The notes under the pieces were generated by a model that worked only from the letters and a program-made list of their open reading frames with translations, ran no database searches and was not told the origin of the DNA. Below are positions 39,924-49,204 of a stretch of DNA of 64,000 nt, in pieces. The stretch lies in IMG/VR virus record IMGVR_UViG_3300025597_000012; one strand, written 5' to 3'. This stretch comes from a virus. Position 1 is the stretch's first letter, and every line of letters begins with the position of its first letter. Position numbers and translations under genes: made by a program.

Positions 39924-41147
39924 TTATTTGAATATTACTGAAAAGTCAGTACCACTTTCTTTGGAAGAACTTGCTGAACCTTTTTCAACGTGATTACTTC
40001 CTTTATTTTTATCAAGAGTTCCGTTTCTTTTTATAAAGTTAAACGTCTTGTCTGTTACTTTATTTTCTACTTCGATAGCTTTTCTTTTAAGATAACCGTC
40101 TTTATCTAATATGAACTCTGCAAGTTCAATATATTTTGAAGGGTCATTTTGCCATTCAGCAAATTTTAAATAGAAATCATTTACTTTAGTTCCATCTTCA
40201 AGTGTTTTAAATTTAAAGATTGAATTTTTCAGTAATTGTTTTCTTTTACTATCGAATTCTTGATTAGAATCAATTACTTTGCTTATATTGCTCTCAAAGA
40301 CTTTTTGTTTTTCTTGTTGAGCTTTATTATAATCAAGCTGTTGTTGTTGAAGTTCTTGTAACTGATGTTTGTAGTTTTCTTCGTACTTACTCTTAATTTC
40401 TTCAGCTTCAGAGTCTAATGCGTTATCTTCTGCTTCTAAAGTATTAAGATATTTATTAATCTTATCGGATTTCCAACCGTGTACTTCTTTATACCACTTA
40501 GTTACAAGGGCTTTTTTAGAATCATCTGTAGAAATGTCAAATTCTTCTATTGCTTTTCTCTCTTTAAAGAGGTCAATTAATTTGTCAGCATCTCCACCGT
40601 TTTCTACATATTCAAGTACGGCTTCACCGAACTCTCCTGTAGATTTTTTTCTGCTTGTATATAGTTCATCAACTTTTGCTTCTACTTGTTTTTCAAGAAG
40701 TTGAGCAAAAATATCATCTGTAACTTCTAATTCTTCACTACCTTCAAAATCCTTAAAAAGACCTTTTTCTATAAGATATTGAACACTTGTTTTAAGAAGA
40801 GCTTTTCTTTCAGCTAGTAAAGTTTCTTCCTGAGCTTTTTCTTCTTCAGTTTTCTCTTCCTCTTTTTTAACCTCTTCAGGTTTCTTTACTTCTTCTACTT
40901 TTTCTACTTCTTCCTCAGTTTTCTCTTCCTCTTTAGGTTTAGTTTCAGTTTTAACTTCATCAAGTTTATCTAAATCTATTGTTTCTACATTAAAATTAGA
41001 TGATGTACTTACTTGAAGTGGTTTATCATTACCAGTAGGAAGGTTCAGATTATTTGCATTTACTTGATTATCAGGTGTTTCTGAGAATAAAGCATCTAAA
41101 CTTTCAGGTGAAATAGTTGCAACAGAAGTGTTTAAATCTCCTATCAT
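39924..41147 (-). CDS. Scaffold-like acidic coiled-coil protein
   Basis: EEEKTEEEVEKVEEVKKPEEVKKEEEK…; sits between portal and capsid candidate. Confidence 0.45.
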   Translation of the reverse strand: MIGDLNTSVATISPESLDALFSETPDNQVNANNLNLPTGNDKPLQVSTSSNFNVETIDLDKLDEVKTETKPKEEEKTEEEVEKVEEVKKPEEVKKEEEKTEEEKAQEETLLAERKALLKTSVQYLIEKGLFKDFEGSEELEVTDDIFAQLLEKQVEAKVDELYTSRKKSTGEFGEAVLEYVENGGDADKLIDLFKERKAIEEFDISTDDSKKALVTKWYKEVHGWKSDKINKYLNTLEAEDNALDSEAEEIKSKYEENYKHQLQELQQQQLDYNKAQQEKQKVFESNISKVIDSNQEFDSKRKQLLKNSIFKFKTLEDGTKVNDFYLKFAEWQNDPSKYIELAEFILDKDGYLKRKAIEVENKVTDKTFNFIKRNGTLDKNKGSNHVEKGSASSSKESGTDFSVIFK

Positions 41148-41246
41148 ATAATTGGTTTTTTTAAGTTCTTGATTGTCAGTGAATACAAAGGTAATTAATT
41201 AAATTGAATTAATAAAACGTATGAAAAAGTTTGAGCTATTATGGCA

Positions 41247-43958
41247 TTACTTAGTTTTCTTCTTAATTTTATCAGCTTTTGCCTTCTGTTCAAGCTCTTT
41301 TCCTTTCATTATTTTAGCATAATCTAGTTTCTTTTCTTCTACTTGTAGACCAGCTTCTATCTTCTTTTTATCAAGTTCAAGCTTTTTCATTCTATAATCA
41401 TGTTCTGAAATTGCTTTATCTCTTTCTAAAGAAGTTTTTTCACGTTGAGCTTCAATCTTATCGGAAGCTTCTTGTTGTTTTTGACCAAGTTTATCATACT
41501 CTAGAATATCTGGAGTTTGGTCTGTATTCTGGTCTTTAAGATTATCTTGTTGTCTTCCAAAAGTAGTGATATAAGCCACTTCTTTTTTATTCTCAAGAGT
41601 CTTATCAAGGTCAGCACTTTCTTGTTGCATCTTAAGTTCTTCCAGTTGTTTTTGCTGGTCAATCTTTTGTTGCTCAAGTTGGAATTGTTGGTCAAGTCTT
41701 TGTTGCTGCTTGTCATAAGATTCTTTAAGTTTAATCTTAATTTGAGCAGGAGAATTAGATGTAATAATTTCAGCAAGGTCTACAACCGTTGCATTTGTAG
41801 TATTATTACTTAAAGCAAGTTGTTTTAAACTTTCAAGTTGTCTAATATCTTCTTGAGAATTAGATACATATACGTGGAGGTCTGATAGTAAAAGGTCAGT
41901 TCCAAGTATTTTTACAAAAGCTCTACTTAGGTCAGATTTAACATAAGTAACTGTAACATCTTGTTCTTTAGATTGTACATATTGAGCTATATCCAAGTTC
42001 ATTTTATTACATCTTTGGATATAGTTACTAAAGTTAGTAAAGTAGGATTCTGTTTGTGCAAATGAACGTGTTTGTCCTGCTTCTGCAGTACCAACAGGTG
42101 TTGAATTAGATTGCTGTCCTAAACGATACTGGTTAAAACCAACTTGTTTAAGAGCAAATTCTTCAAATGCTTCTGCTATTTTAAGTCTTGAAAGTATTCT
42201 TGCTGAAGCATCTAAGTCAATTTCTTTAGGATAATGACCACCAGCTATACCAGCAGCACCTTGTACGTTTGCAGGAGAAGTATCTACTACAGTTACTCCA
42301 AGCTCTTTAGCAATAAGCATAAATCTTTCATATGCTTTTGCTCCTCCCCAGTCTTTCTTATCAGGGAACATATTAACATCCATGATAAGGAATTTACCAT
42401 AATCTTTTTGCATTTCAGCATAAGCTTGGTTCATAGCTACGTTATGACCAATTTGGTGAGGCTTTATTAAATCTACAAGTGATTGAGACTGAGAATTTCT
42501 TATGCTAAATACTTGTCCACAAACCGGTAATTTTGAGCCGTATAAATTATTATCTGCTTTAAATTGAAAATCTGTAGGTTTAACATCTACATAAATATCA
42601 GAAGTAAAGCCGGCATGATTTTTAACACAAATTTTAGTTCCTTTCCATGTTCTATTTACCCAAGTCCATGTCACAGTATTTTCTTCATTAGATTCATCAA
42701 ATACAGAATCTATTTCTTTAAAATTAGCCGGAACTACAAAATCTTCATCTACATAGACTTTTCTTATTTGTCCAGTTTCAGGGTCTTTAAATATTAGTTT
42801 GCCAATTTTTTCTTGTGATTTCCAATAACCTTCAACAACAAAAAAATAACCTCTTCTTTCATTAAAATAACGACCACCATATAGACTAGTAAAGAAATTA
42901 CTATCTAAATAAGGTAAATTATTTTCTGGTTGAAGAAATCCTTGTGATTGTCTTACAATGTCATATGCTGGATACCCTTTAAAAGGCATCATATAATTTT
43001 CATAAACATATTCAGTACCAGCAGCATAATTCCAATGTTTATCTTTTGGTTTGGCTAGTTCTTGAAGATGTTCAATATCTTCTTTTTTCATCTTATAACC
43101 GTATCTATCAATAATATCAGATACTGTAAGATAAAATACACGACCCACATAATCTCCATCTTCAATATAGTTTACATCAGGAGATTTATGAAAAAATACA
43201 TTTATAGGGTTCCAAGTTTCTTGGTTATAACCATTAGGTGTTAAGTAAAAGTGTCTAAAGCATCTATCTGCAATTAGCATATCTTCAAATTCAACTTTCT
43301 CTTTTTCTAGAAATTTGAAGCGTTTACGGTCAAGCTCTAACTGATGTTGTCCCCATAGTTCTGCTGAAGAACTCCATGTTGTCTTCATGTATTCAGAAAT
43401 TTGTGGGGGAGTAAGCTGTTGCTTTAACTGTTCTACTTGCTTTTGATAAGCTTGCATTTCTTCATCAGAGTTGAAATCTTGTTTATTCTCATCAACTCCC
43501 ATCTCAAGTAATTTACGACTTACTTCGGCATTTATCTTAGCCATTACATATTTCTGTAATAGGTCAGTTTGAGTTCTTTGATACTCATTTCCAGTCTTTT
43601 CATCATGAGCTTTAACTCTAAAAAAATCTGGTCTTGTTTGCCATTCACCAGATAGTGTGTTTACTACCTTTGATGCAATATCATAATGTCTTAAGTATGA
43701 AGGAATTGCAAACTCTTTTGTAAGTTGACCAATCATATCAGAGTAGTCATCTTCTTCAAAATAGTGCTTATATATAAAACGTCCTTTTACAAGTTCGTAG
43801 TTTTCTACGAATCTCATATTTTGTATAAACTGGCTTCTGCCCACAGACTCCAGTGCATCCATACAGTTTTGCCACCACTCTTCATTCTTTTCACTTTTCT
43901 TTAACATCTGCGGGGGCAGCATTGCTAAGATGGACGATGTATAAAACGCGTTGTACAT
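41247..43958 (-). CDS. Portal protein candidate, 903 aa
   Basis: Directly downstream of the large terminase; charged Q/E/K-rich C-terminal tail. Confidence 0.55.
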   Translation of the reverse strand: MYNAFYTSSILAMLPPQMLKKSEKNEEWWQNCMDALESVGRSQFIQNMRFVENYELVKGRFIYKHYFEEDDYSDMIGQLTKEFAIPSYLRHYDIASKVVNTLSGEWQTRPDFFRVKAHDEKTGNEYQRTQTDLLQKYVMAKINAEVSRKLLEMGVDENKQDFNSDEEMQAYQKQVEQLKQQLTPPQISEYMKTTWSSSAELWGQHQLELDRKRFKFLEKEKVEFEDMLIADRCFRHFYLTPNGYNQETWNPINVFFHKSPDVNYIEDGDYVGRVFYLTVSDIIDRYGYKMKKEDIEHLQELAKPKDKHWNYAAGTEYVYENYMMPFKGYPAYDIVRQSQGFLQPENNLPYLDSNFFTSLYGGRYFNERRGYFFVVEGYWKSQEKIGKLIFKDPETGQIRKVYVDEDFVVPANFKEIDSVFDESNEENTVTWTWVNRTWKGTKICVKNHAGFTSDIYVDVKPTDFQFKADNNLYGSKLPVCGQVFSIRNSQSQSLVDLIKPHQIGHNVAMNQAYAEMQKDYGKFLIMDVNMFPDKKDWGGAKAYERFMLIAKELGVTVVDTSPANVQGAAGIAGGHYPKEIDLDASARILSRLKIAEAFEEFALKQVGFNQYRLGQQSNSTPVGTAEAGQTRSFAQTESYFTNFSNYIQRCNKMNLDIAQYVQSKEQDVTVTYVKSDLSRAFVKILGTDLLLSDLHVYVSNSQEDIRQLESLKQLALSNNTTNATVVDLAEIITSNSPAQIKIKLKESYDKQQQRLDQQFQLEQQKIDQQKQLEELKMQQESADLDKTLENKKEVAYITTFGRQQDNLKDQNTDQTPDILEYDKLGQKQQEASDKIEAQREKTSLERDKAISEHDYRMKKLELDKKKIEAGLQVEEKKLDYAKIMKGKELEQKAKADKIKKKTK

Positions 43959-44032
43959 AAATTAATTAAAAAGCAAATATACGCAAAAATCAGGATTCAT
44001 TAAAATTTTGTGAAAATTTTAATCAATTCTAA

Positions 44033-46072
44033 TTAAAATGGTGAAGTATTAGTTCTAAATGTAGAAGCTCTACTTAATCTAAACGGAGAGCGTATAGGTT
44101 TAAACTCTTTAGTAGGTTGAGGAGTATCTGAATGATTTACTAAAGGACTTGTTTTTTGTAGGTGAGAATCATATGCTAAAGCGTGTCTAAATGCCACAAT
44201 TCTATCCACATTTACTGTACTACTATAATTAAGCATTTCTACAAGAAGCATTTTATCTGGGATTCTTGTTACTCCAAGTTTTTTGATTACTCTTCCATCC
44301 TCTAGAACAGTAGTCAATTCTTCTTTACAGTATTGGTAAAGTAGAGCCATACAGTGATTTATAACTCCTACTGTAGGAGGTAAACCCTTTGGTTTGTTTC
44401 TAATAGATGTATTTGGTGAAATCTGTACTAGCAAGTTATAGCCATCAGCAAGGTAGTGAGCCTTATTTTTGGCATCCATATACTCTATGAAGTTAGTACC
44501 TACGTTTTCTATCATCAGAGTTGCGTTGTATAATTCCAAGAGCATCTCTACTATATTATGCCACTCTTTCATTTGTGTTGGACGAGCTGCATAACTTGCT
44601 ACAATAGAGTTTTGGTATGTTCCGTTTACAGGGTCATAAAGTCTTTTATATATACAAACTGTACCTAATGAAGGACTATTGTTTGATGTACTTTGGTTAT
44701 ATGGGTCACCTCCCGCTATATATAAAAGAGGTGTAATATTTTCAGGTTCAGCTACAGGAGGCTCAAACATCATAATAGGAGCATCTTTAATAGTAGCTCC
44801 TGTTACAGGGAAATCTGTAATTTCTTTTAAAGATGTATTAAATGTATATTTTACTTTTCCTAATTGGTCTCTATAAAGTTCTACAGGAGTACCGCTTTTT
44901 TCTAAACTATTCAAATAAGCAAGATGCTCTCTAATAGCTTCAATAGGAAATTCATTTACTTCATCACTTAAGAAACAATCTTCTGGTTCCTTCGGAAAAT
45001 ACATTCTAGCTTTAAGAGCAGCTTTTGGGTCTTTAGCATTTTGAGCATCTGCTATTTCTCTATCTGTTACAGAATCTGCTAATGCTTTATCTGATTCATA
45101 AAAAGGAAGATTTAATAATTCAGAATCTTCTGGAAGTAATATATTATTTTTTCTTACAAAATTTCCAAAAGTTGTTTTAACTTTTCCTTCCATTCTATAA
45201 CTACCCGGAACAAAAAGACCATATTTTTTGGATTTACCCGGCCATTCTACACCTAAAAAACCATATGCTTCAGGGTCTGTAAATAGTTTTTCTGCATCTG
45301 AATTAGGGATGAAAGTACCACCTGTACCAGTTAGAATAGGTACACAACGCCATCCAAAGGGAGATGTAAAACCGGGTTTAGCAGCTTCAAAAGCTTCAAT
45401 AATTTTTTCAGCTTTACCAATCTCATCTATTACAAGAGTTTTAGGAGTAGTACCTGCAATAGCTTCCGTTTTTCTACCTTCTTCAAGGTTACGAATAAGT
45501 ATTTTAGACCATTCTACTTTCTCACCAGATTTCTTTTTAAGACCAAGAGAAACCTCTTTTCTCCAGTCATCTAATAGTCTATCAAATTTAAAATAAGGAT
45601 TTAATGATGCTAATCCTCTATCTGTAGAAGCAGCAATAATTTTAATATCAGATTCTGTAGTACTAGAAATGATATTTTGAGAACCTTCATAAATAGTAGC
45701 ACCTCTTCCAATCCAAGAGGCTTCAAATTCAGTCTTTGCAAAACGGCGTGTACCAAAAATTAATAGTCCTTTATTTTTTGCATCTTCCGCTTTCTTAATA
45801 TATTCTGCTATAAGCCACTCATTATCACGAAAATCAGGGTTTTTAAATACACGAATAATATCTTGTGGTCTATTTGGGTCTTCTTGGTCAAGATAAATTT
45901 TCCAGTGATTCAAATGCCAATATAACCAACCATGTATGTAAATACCATTAATTGTTACACCATATTTTATCTTTTTTAACTCTTCCTGAAAAAAAGGATG
46001 CCATTCCTCAGATTTCTCATCTGGAATGGCTTTCATATTAATAAATAATTCAGGACTTGTACTTAGGCTCAT
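44033..46072 (-). CDS. terL: Terminase large subunit
   Basis: Walker A-like FGTRRFAKT; 679 aa; followed by portal. Confidence 0.7.
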   Translation of the reverse strand: MSLSTSPELFINMKAIPDEKSEEWHPFFQEELKKIKYGVTINGIYIHGWLYWHLNHWKIYLDQEDPNRPQDIIRVFKNPDFRDNEWLIAEYIKKAEDAKNKGLLIFGTRRFAKTEFEASWIGRGATIYEGSQNIISSTTESDIKIIAASTDRGLASLNPYFKFDRLLDDWRKEVSLGLKKKSGEKVEWSKILIRNLEEGRKTEAIAGTTPKTLVIDEIGKAEKIIEAFEAAKPGFTSPFGWRCVPILTGTGGTFIPNSDAEKLFTDPEAYGFLGVEWPGKSKKYGLFVPGSYRMEGKVKTTFGNFVRKNNILLPEDSELLNLPFYESDKALADSVTDREIADAQNAKDPKAALKARMYFPKEPEDCFLSDEVNEFPIEAIREHLAYLNSLEKSGTPVELYRDQLGKVKYTFNTSLKEITDFPVTGATIKDAPIMMFEPPVAEPENITPLLYIAGGDPYNQSTSNNSPSLGTVCIYKRLYDPVNGTYQNSIVASYAARPTQMKEWHNIVEMLLELYNATLMIENVGTNFIEYMDAKNKAHYLADGYNLLVQISPNTSIRNKPKGLPPTVGVINHCMALLYQYCKEELTTVLEDGRVIKKLGVTRIPDKMLLVEMLNYSSTVNVDRIVAFRHALAYDSHLQKTSPLVNHSDTPQPTKEFKPIRSPFRLSRASTFRTNTSPF

Positions 46073-46404
46073 GTGGTTTCTTCTAGTTTGGAACTCATCA
46101 TTCCATTTATATTAGACCCTTTTCTTACTTGGGCTTCTACTTCTGCTTTTGTTTCTCTTGCTTCTTCTACTGCTTTTAAAAGTGATGCAAATTCTTTAAG
46201 AGCTAAAATCCAACCTTTTAAAGCAGCTTCTTTAGTAGCAATAATTTTAACTACAGGCTGACCTTTAGAAGAAGTAACTGTTTCAATTCTATCATCTATA
46301 TCTTCAATAGGATTATTATCTATAAATGTTTTAAGGCTTGCAAGTTTACTTTCAAGCCAATCAATTTCAAATTGTGTATATAAATGGTCTTTCTGTTTAG
46401 TCAT
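46069..46404 (-). CDS. Small protein upstream of terL (possible terminase small subunit)
   Basis: Position only. Confidence 0.3.
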   Translation of the reverse strand: MTKQKDHLYTQFEIDWLESKLASLKTFIDNNPIEDIDDRIETVTSSKGQPVVKIIATKEAALKGWILALKEFASLLKAVEEARETKAEVEAQVRKGSNINGMMSSKLEETT

Positions 46405-46936
46405 TTTTTACTGGTTCAACTTCGTTAAATATTCTTACTGAAGGTATGAGACCAATATCAGTCATTGTAAACTTCTCAATTTCAATACCCCATTTTTTTA
46501 CTTCTACTCTTAATTTCTTAGCAATAATATTGTCAATCTCATTATCATTACATTCTTGCCAATCTCTTTGTATAATTTGCTCTTTAATAATGGCTTGTGT
46601 TGTATCTGAAAGAGCATCTTTACTATCTGATACTTTTAAAAGGAAAGGAGTTACATCAGCTATGTTATATTTGATTACTCCTTTAACAACTACTTGTTTT
46701 TTATCTTTAGTCGTTAAGGATTGTGATGGTGTAGATAATGTAGTTGTTACAACACTTTGTGTAAAGATTTCATCTAAAAAAGGTATTTTAAGATAAAATC
46801 CGGGAGATAATGTTTTAATATAAGTACCACCTCTTAGACGTATTCCAGCTTCCCACTGTTTTATCATCCAGAAAGGAATTACTTTATCTATTATACCAAT
46901 TATCCATTGTATAAGAGAATCAAGCATTTGATGCAT
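46397..46936 (-). CDS. SPFH/band-7 domain protein
   Basis: …QVVVKGVIKYNIADV…ALSDTTQAIIKEQIIQRDWQE…VKKWGIEIEKFTMTDIGLIP matches the stomatin/prohibitin fold pattern. Confidence 0.5.
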   Translation of the reverse strand: MHQMLDSLIQWIIGIIDKVIPFWMIKQWEAGIRLRGGTYIKTLSPGFYLKIPFLDEIFTQSVVTTTLSTPSQSLTTKDKKQVVVKGVIKYNIADVTPFLLKVSDSKDALSDTTQAIIKEQIIQRDWQECNDNEIDNIIAKKLRVEVKKWGIEIEKFTMTDIGLIPSVRIFNEVEPVKND

Positions 46937-47177
46937 CCTCCTCGCCTAATGTCAGCTCTCTATCTAACTCATCTTTATAATCCTCTATTTTTTTCAATAG
47001 TTTATCATTATTCCAATGATAGGATTCTTCAGAATCTTCTTTCTTTCTGAGAATATGACATAAGTGTTGAGAAATAGTATATTGAGGAAATTGTTGTACA
47101 ACTTGCATAAAGTTGTAAAAAATTTGCTCTTCTATCTGTTTTCTCTTCTTGTCTATTGGTTTTTGAATGTTAATCAT
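46920..47177 (-). CDS. Hypothetical protein
   Basis: ORF only. Confidence 0.35.
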   Translation of the reverse strand: MINIQKPIDKKRKQIEEQIFYNFMQVVQQFPQYTISQHLCHILRKKEDSEESYHWNNDKLLKKIEDYKDELDRELTLGEEDASNA

Positions 47178-47538
47178 GTTTTTTATTTTTATCGTATGCT
47201 GTCCATTTTAACTCCATTTTATTATCTTTATTTGAAGCGTTAAATATTTCAATTCCACAATTTGAAGAAAGAGATGCCGTCTTTTTTACTATAGGACAGC
47301 CACACTGAATACAGTGTTCATCTTTTCTCATAGTTACATAATTGCCGGCAGCTACTGCATTCTTACTTAAAAAAGGACATCCTTCACAGATAGCTCTTCT
47401 TCTTACTATCTCTTTAACTTCATCTTCTTGTAGGTCTCCTGCTTCTAATTTAATATCATTAAGCCATCCTTCAAGTATTTTATCAGCATTAGTCAATGCT
47501 CTCGGTATCAATTTCAGGTATTCCAAAAGTGCGCTCAT
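47170..47538 (-). CDS. Cys-containing hypothetical protein
   Basis: CEGCPF…CIQCGCP metal-binding-like cysteine pairs. Confidence 0.4.
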   Translation of the reverse strand: MSALLEYLKLIPRALTNADKILEGWLNDIKLEAGDLQEDEVKEIVRRRAICEGCPFLSKNAVAAGNYVTMRKDEHCIQCGCPIVKKTASLSSNCGIEIFNASNKDNKMELKWTAYDKNKKHD

Positions 47539-47893
47539 CTTTTAATTTTTTCTGTTCTAATCTATAAATTGCTAAGTCGTTTCTTTTCTTTAATAACTTT
47601 CTAAGATTTTCATATTTATAATCTAAGATTAAATTTTTCTTTTTTTCTGTAAACTTAGGTGAATAATATATGTTTCTTATTTTAGCTATTTCATCTTTTA
47701 TTTCAAAATAAAGTTTTTTAGGACTTACACAAATAGTTCCAAAATTCTTTATATAGATAGCATCATAAACTACATTAGCCAGTTGTTTTTTAATTCCTTC
47801 TTTCCAATAAAAAGCATTTACTTTCTTAACTAGATTAACTGGTAGATTTAGTTCTTCGGCTGCCTGTTTATAATAATTATCGGGTGTCTTCAT
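47489..47893 (-). CDS. Hypothetical protein
   Basis: ORF only. Confidence 0.4.
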   Translation of the reverse strand: MKTPDNYYKQAAEELNLPVNLVKKVNAFYWKEGIKKQLANVVYDAIYIKNFGTICVSPKKLYFEIKDEIAKIRNIYYSPKFTEKKKNLILDYKYENLRKLLKKRNDLAIYRLEQKKLKDERTFGIPEIDTESID

Positions 47894-48234
47894 TAACTAT
47901 TATCAACTTTAATTAAAACTCCTATAGCTGCGTCAGATTGAAAATTAATTTTATCGTTTATATGATATTCTTTAAGAGATGTTGATTTTTTAAGCAAACC
48001 AACTCTTTTAAGTTTAGAAATTGTATTGTTTAAAGAATCTTCGCTTTTCAAAAGTTCACTTTTTAATATCAGTTGTCTTGTGCTCTCACTATCTTTATAA
48101 ACTAAAAAATAAGCTAATACGGTAAGTTCCGTATCTGAAAGTTTAATATCAGACAATAAACAAAAAATTGAAAGAACAACTTTTGCCTGTTCAATCTTTC
48201 CGTAGCTCTTTTTTTCAATCTTTATAAGTTGCAC
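47893..48234 (-). CDS. Hypothetical protein
   Basis: ORF only. Confidence 0.4.
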   Translation of the reverse strand: MQLIKIEKKSYGKIEQAKVVLSIFCLLSDIKLSDTELTVLAYFLVYKDSESTRQLILKSELLKSEDSLNNTISKLKRVGLLKKSTSLKEYHINDKINFQSDAAIGVLIKVDNS

Positions 48235-48407
48235 AACTAATTGGTTTTGAGGACAAAGATAAGTATTTTATTTGAAATAACAAAATTTTATATAAGACTT
48301 TAACATTTTGGTAACAAACAGGAAAGGCCGACTTACAACTAGTTGTAAATCAGCCTTTTAATTTAACCCTCCACCTTAGTCCTGTACCAGCGGGATTGGG
48401 GGAATAC

Positions 48408-48481
48408 GCACGGGCTGTGGGCATCGAACCCATCTCCATGCAAGGTTTTGGAGACCTGCTGCTTCCTAAAGCTAGCCCGGA
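48408..48481 (-). tRNA. tRNA-Trp (CCA), irregular T-arm/acceptor junction
   Basis: Anticodon loop CTCCAAA and T-loop TTCGATG found. Supported by the single TGG codon in the upstream leader peptide. Acceptor pairing imperfect. Confidence 0.45.
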
Positions 48482-48485
48482 TAAG

Positions 48486-48558
48486 TACACTCTAAAAGAT
48501 TCGAACTTTTATTTCTTGGTTCGTAGCCAAGTGTCCTCATCCATTGGACGAAGAGTGC
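48486..48558 (-). tRNA. tRNA-Arg (ACG)
   Basis: Manual cloverleaf: GCACTCT / GTCC..GGAC / CTTGG-CTACGAA-CCAAG / AAAAG-TTCGAAT-CTTTT. Confidence 0.8.
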
Positions 48559-48563
48559 AAAAG

Positions 48564-48635
48564 TGTGAATGACCAGACTCGAACTGGTACTTAGTAGCTC
48601 CACAAACTACCGCTCTACCATTAAGCTACATCCAC
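48564..48635 (-). tRNA. tRNA-His (GTG)
   Basis: Anticodon loop TTGTGGA; extra 5' G; T-arm ACCAG-TTCGAGT-CTGGT. Confidence 0.8.
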
Positions 48636-48643
48636 CATATGAG

Positions 48644-48714
48644 ATGCCTCTAAAGGACTCGAACCTGTAACTCTTGACCCAAAATCAAGCGTGTTGCCAT
48701 TACACTAAGAGGCA
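48644..48714 (-). tRNA. tRNA-Gln (TTG)
   Basis: Anticodon arm CTTGA-TTTTGGG-TCAAG; acceptor TGCCTCT/AGAGGCA. Confidence 0.8.
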
Positions 48715-48719
48715 AAAAG

Positions 48720-48791
48720 CGTGGAAGGTGGATTCCGAGACCACAACACCTTGCTCTTCAGGCAAGTGCTCTACCTTTGAGCTACATCCAC
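48720..48791 (-). tRNA. tRNA-Phe (GAA)
   Basis: Anticodon loop CTGAAGA; D-arm GCTC-AAAGGTA-GAGC. Confidence 0.75.
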
Positions 48792-48798
48792 ATAATTG

Positions 48799-48872
48799 AG
48801 CCTGAGAAGGGAATCGAACCCTCAACCGCTAGTTTACAAAACTAGTGCTCTACCGATTGAGCCACTGCAGGC
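48799..48872 (-). tRNA. tRNA-Thr (TGT)
   Basis: Anticodon arm CTAGT-TTTGTAA-ACTAG; acceptor stem has a bulge or mismatch. Confidence 0.65.
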
Positions 48873-48876
48873 ATAG

Positions 48877-48948
48877 TCTAGTTGACAGGGTTCGAACCTG
48901 CCTAGTCTTGCTCCCAAAGCAAGTGCCTAACCAATCGGCCACAACTAG
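48877..48948 (-). tRNA. tRNA-Pro (TGG)
   Basis: Anticodon arm CTTGC-TTTGGGA-GCAAG; acceptor CTAGTTG/CAACTAG. Confidence 0.8.
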
Positions 48949-48949
48949 A

Positions 48950-48978
48950 AATAAAAAACCCCGCTTTATAGGCGGGGC
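48950..48978 (-). terminator. Intrinsic terminator (CCCCGCC-UAUAAA-GCGGGG then U6AUUU) abutting the 5' end of tRNA-Pro; acts as the attenuator terminator of tRNA array A
   Basis: GC hairpin followed by a T-run on the minus strand. Confidence 0.7.
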
Positions 48979-49003
48979 TTTAAGTATAATAATTGAGTTT
49001 CAA

Positions 49004-49078
49004 TTAGTTACACGTAGTGCATCCGCCACCAGATATTGTGGGCGTAAACCAAAAGCGTGTATGTTGAAACTGTTTCAT
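49004..49078 (-). CDS. Leader peptide MKQFQHTRFWFTPTISGGGCTTCN (24 aa) of tRNA array A
   Basis: ATG about 57 nt downstream of the predicted TSS; stop 27 nt upstream of the terminator hairpin. Codons CAG TTT CAA CAT ACA CGC TTT TGG TTT ACG CCC ACA are read by exactly the seven downstream tRNAs (Gln, Phe, His, Thr, Arg, Trp, Pro). Confidence 0.6.
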   Translation of the reverse strand: MKQFQHTRFWFTPTISGGGCTTCN

Positions 49079-49141
49079 ATTTAAAAAAGACCAATTCTAA
49101 GCGCGCTGTTCTATAGGAAGCGGAACTGGTATATTGATGCA

Positions 49142-49172
49142 AACTTACGAAGAATTTTTCAATCCTCCAAAT
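49142..49172 (-). promoter_or_regulatory. Bacteroidota-type promoter (TTTG-N20-TAAGTTTG) for the array A leader
   Basis: Member of an extended consensus repeated six times in 48-58 kb (…AAATTTGG…AAATATTTTTCGTA(T/A)ATTTG). Confidence 0.55.
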
Positions 49173-49204
49173 TTATTTTGTTAAAATAACTAAAAAGAAT
49201 TAAT

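Noticed and set aside
48950-48978. Interpreting the hairpin plus U-tracts abutting tRNA arrays simply as terminators of the upstream protein genes
   Set aside because: They do follow ferritin, the tailspike and the small ORFs. But each is preceded by its own promoter and a short translated leader whose codons match the downstream tRNAs, so an attenuator role explains more of what is seen. Both functions may coexist.
48845-49084. Plus-strand ORF 48845-49084; also 53162-53371, 53200-53436, 53647-53838, 56307-56522 and 56588-56821
   Set aside because: They run across tRNA genes and terminators. Their GC-rich tRNA sequence gives spurious open frames.
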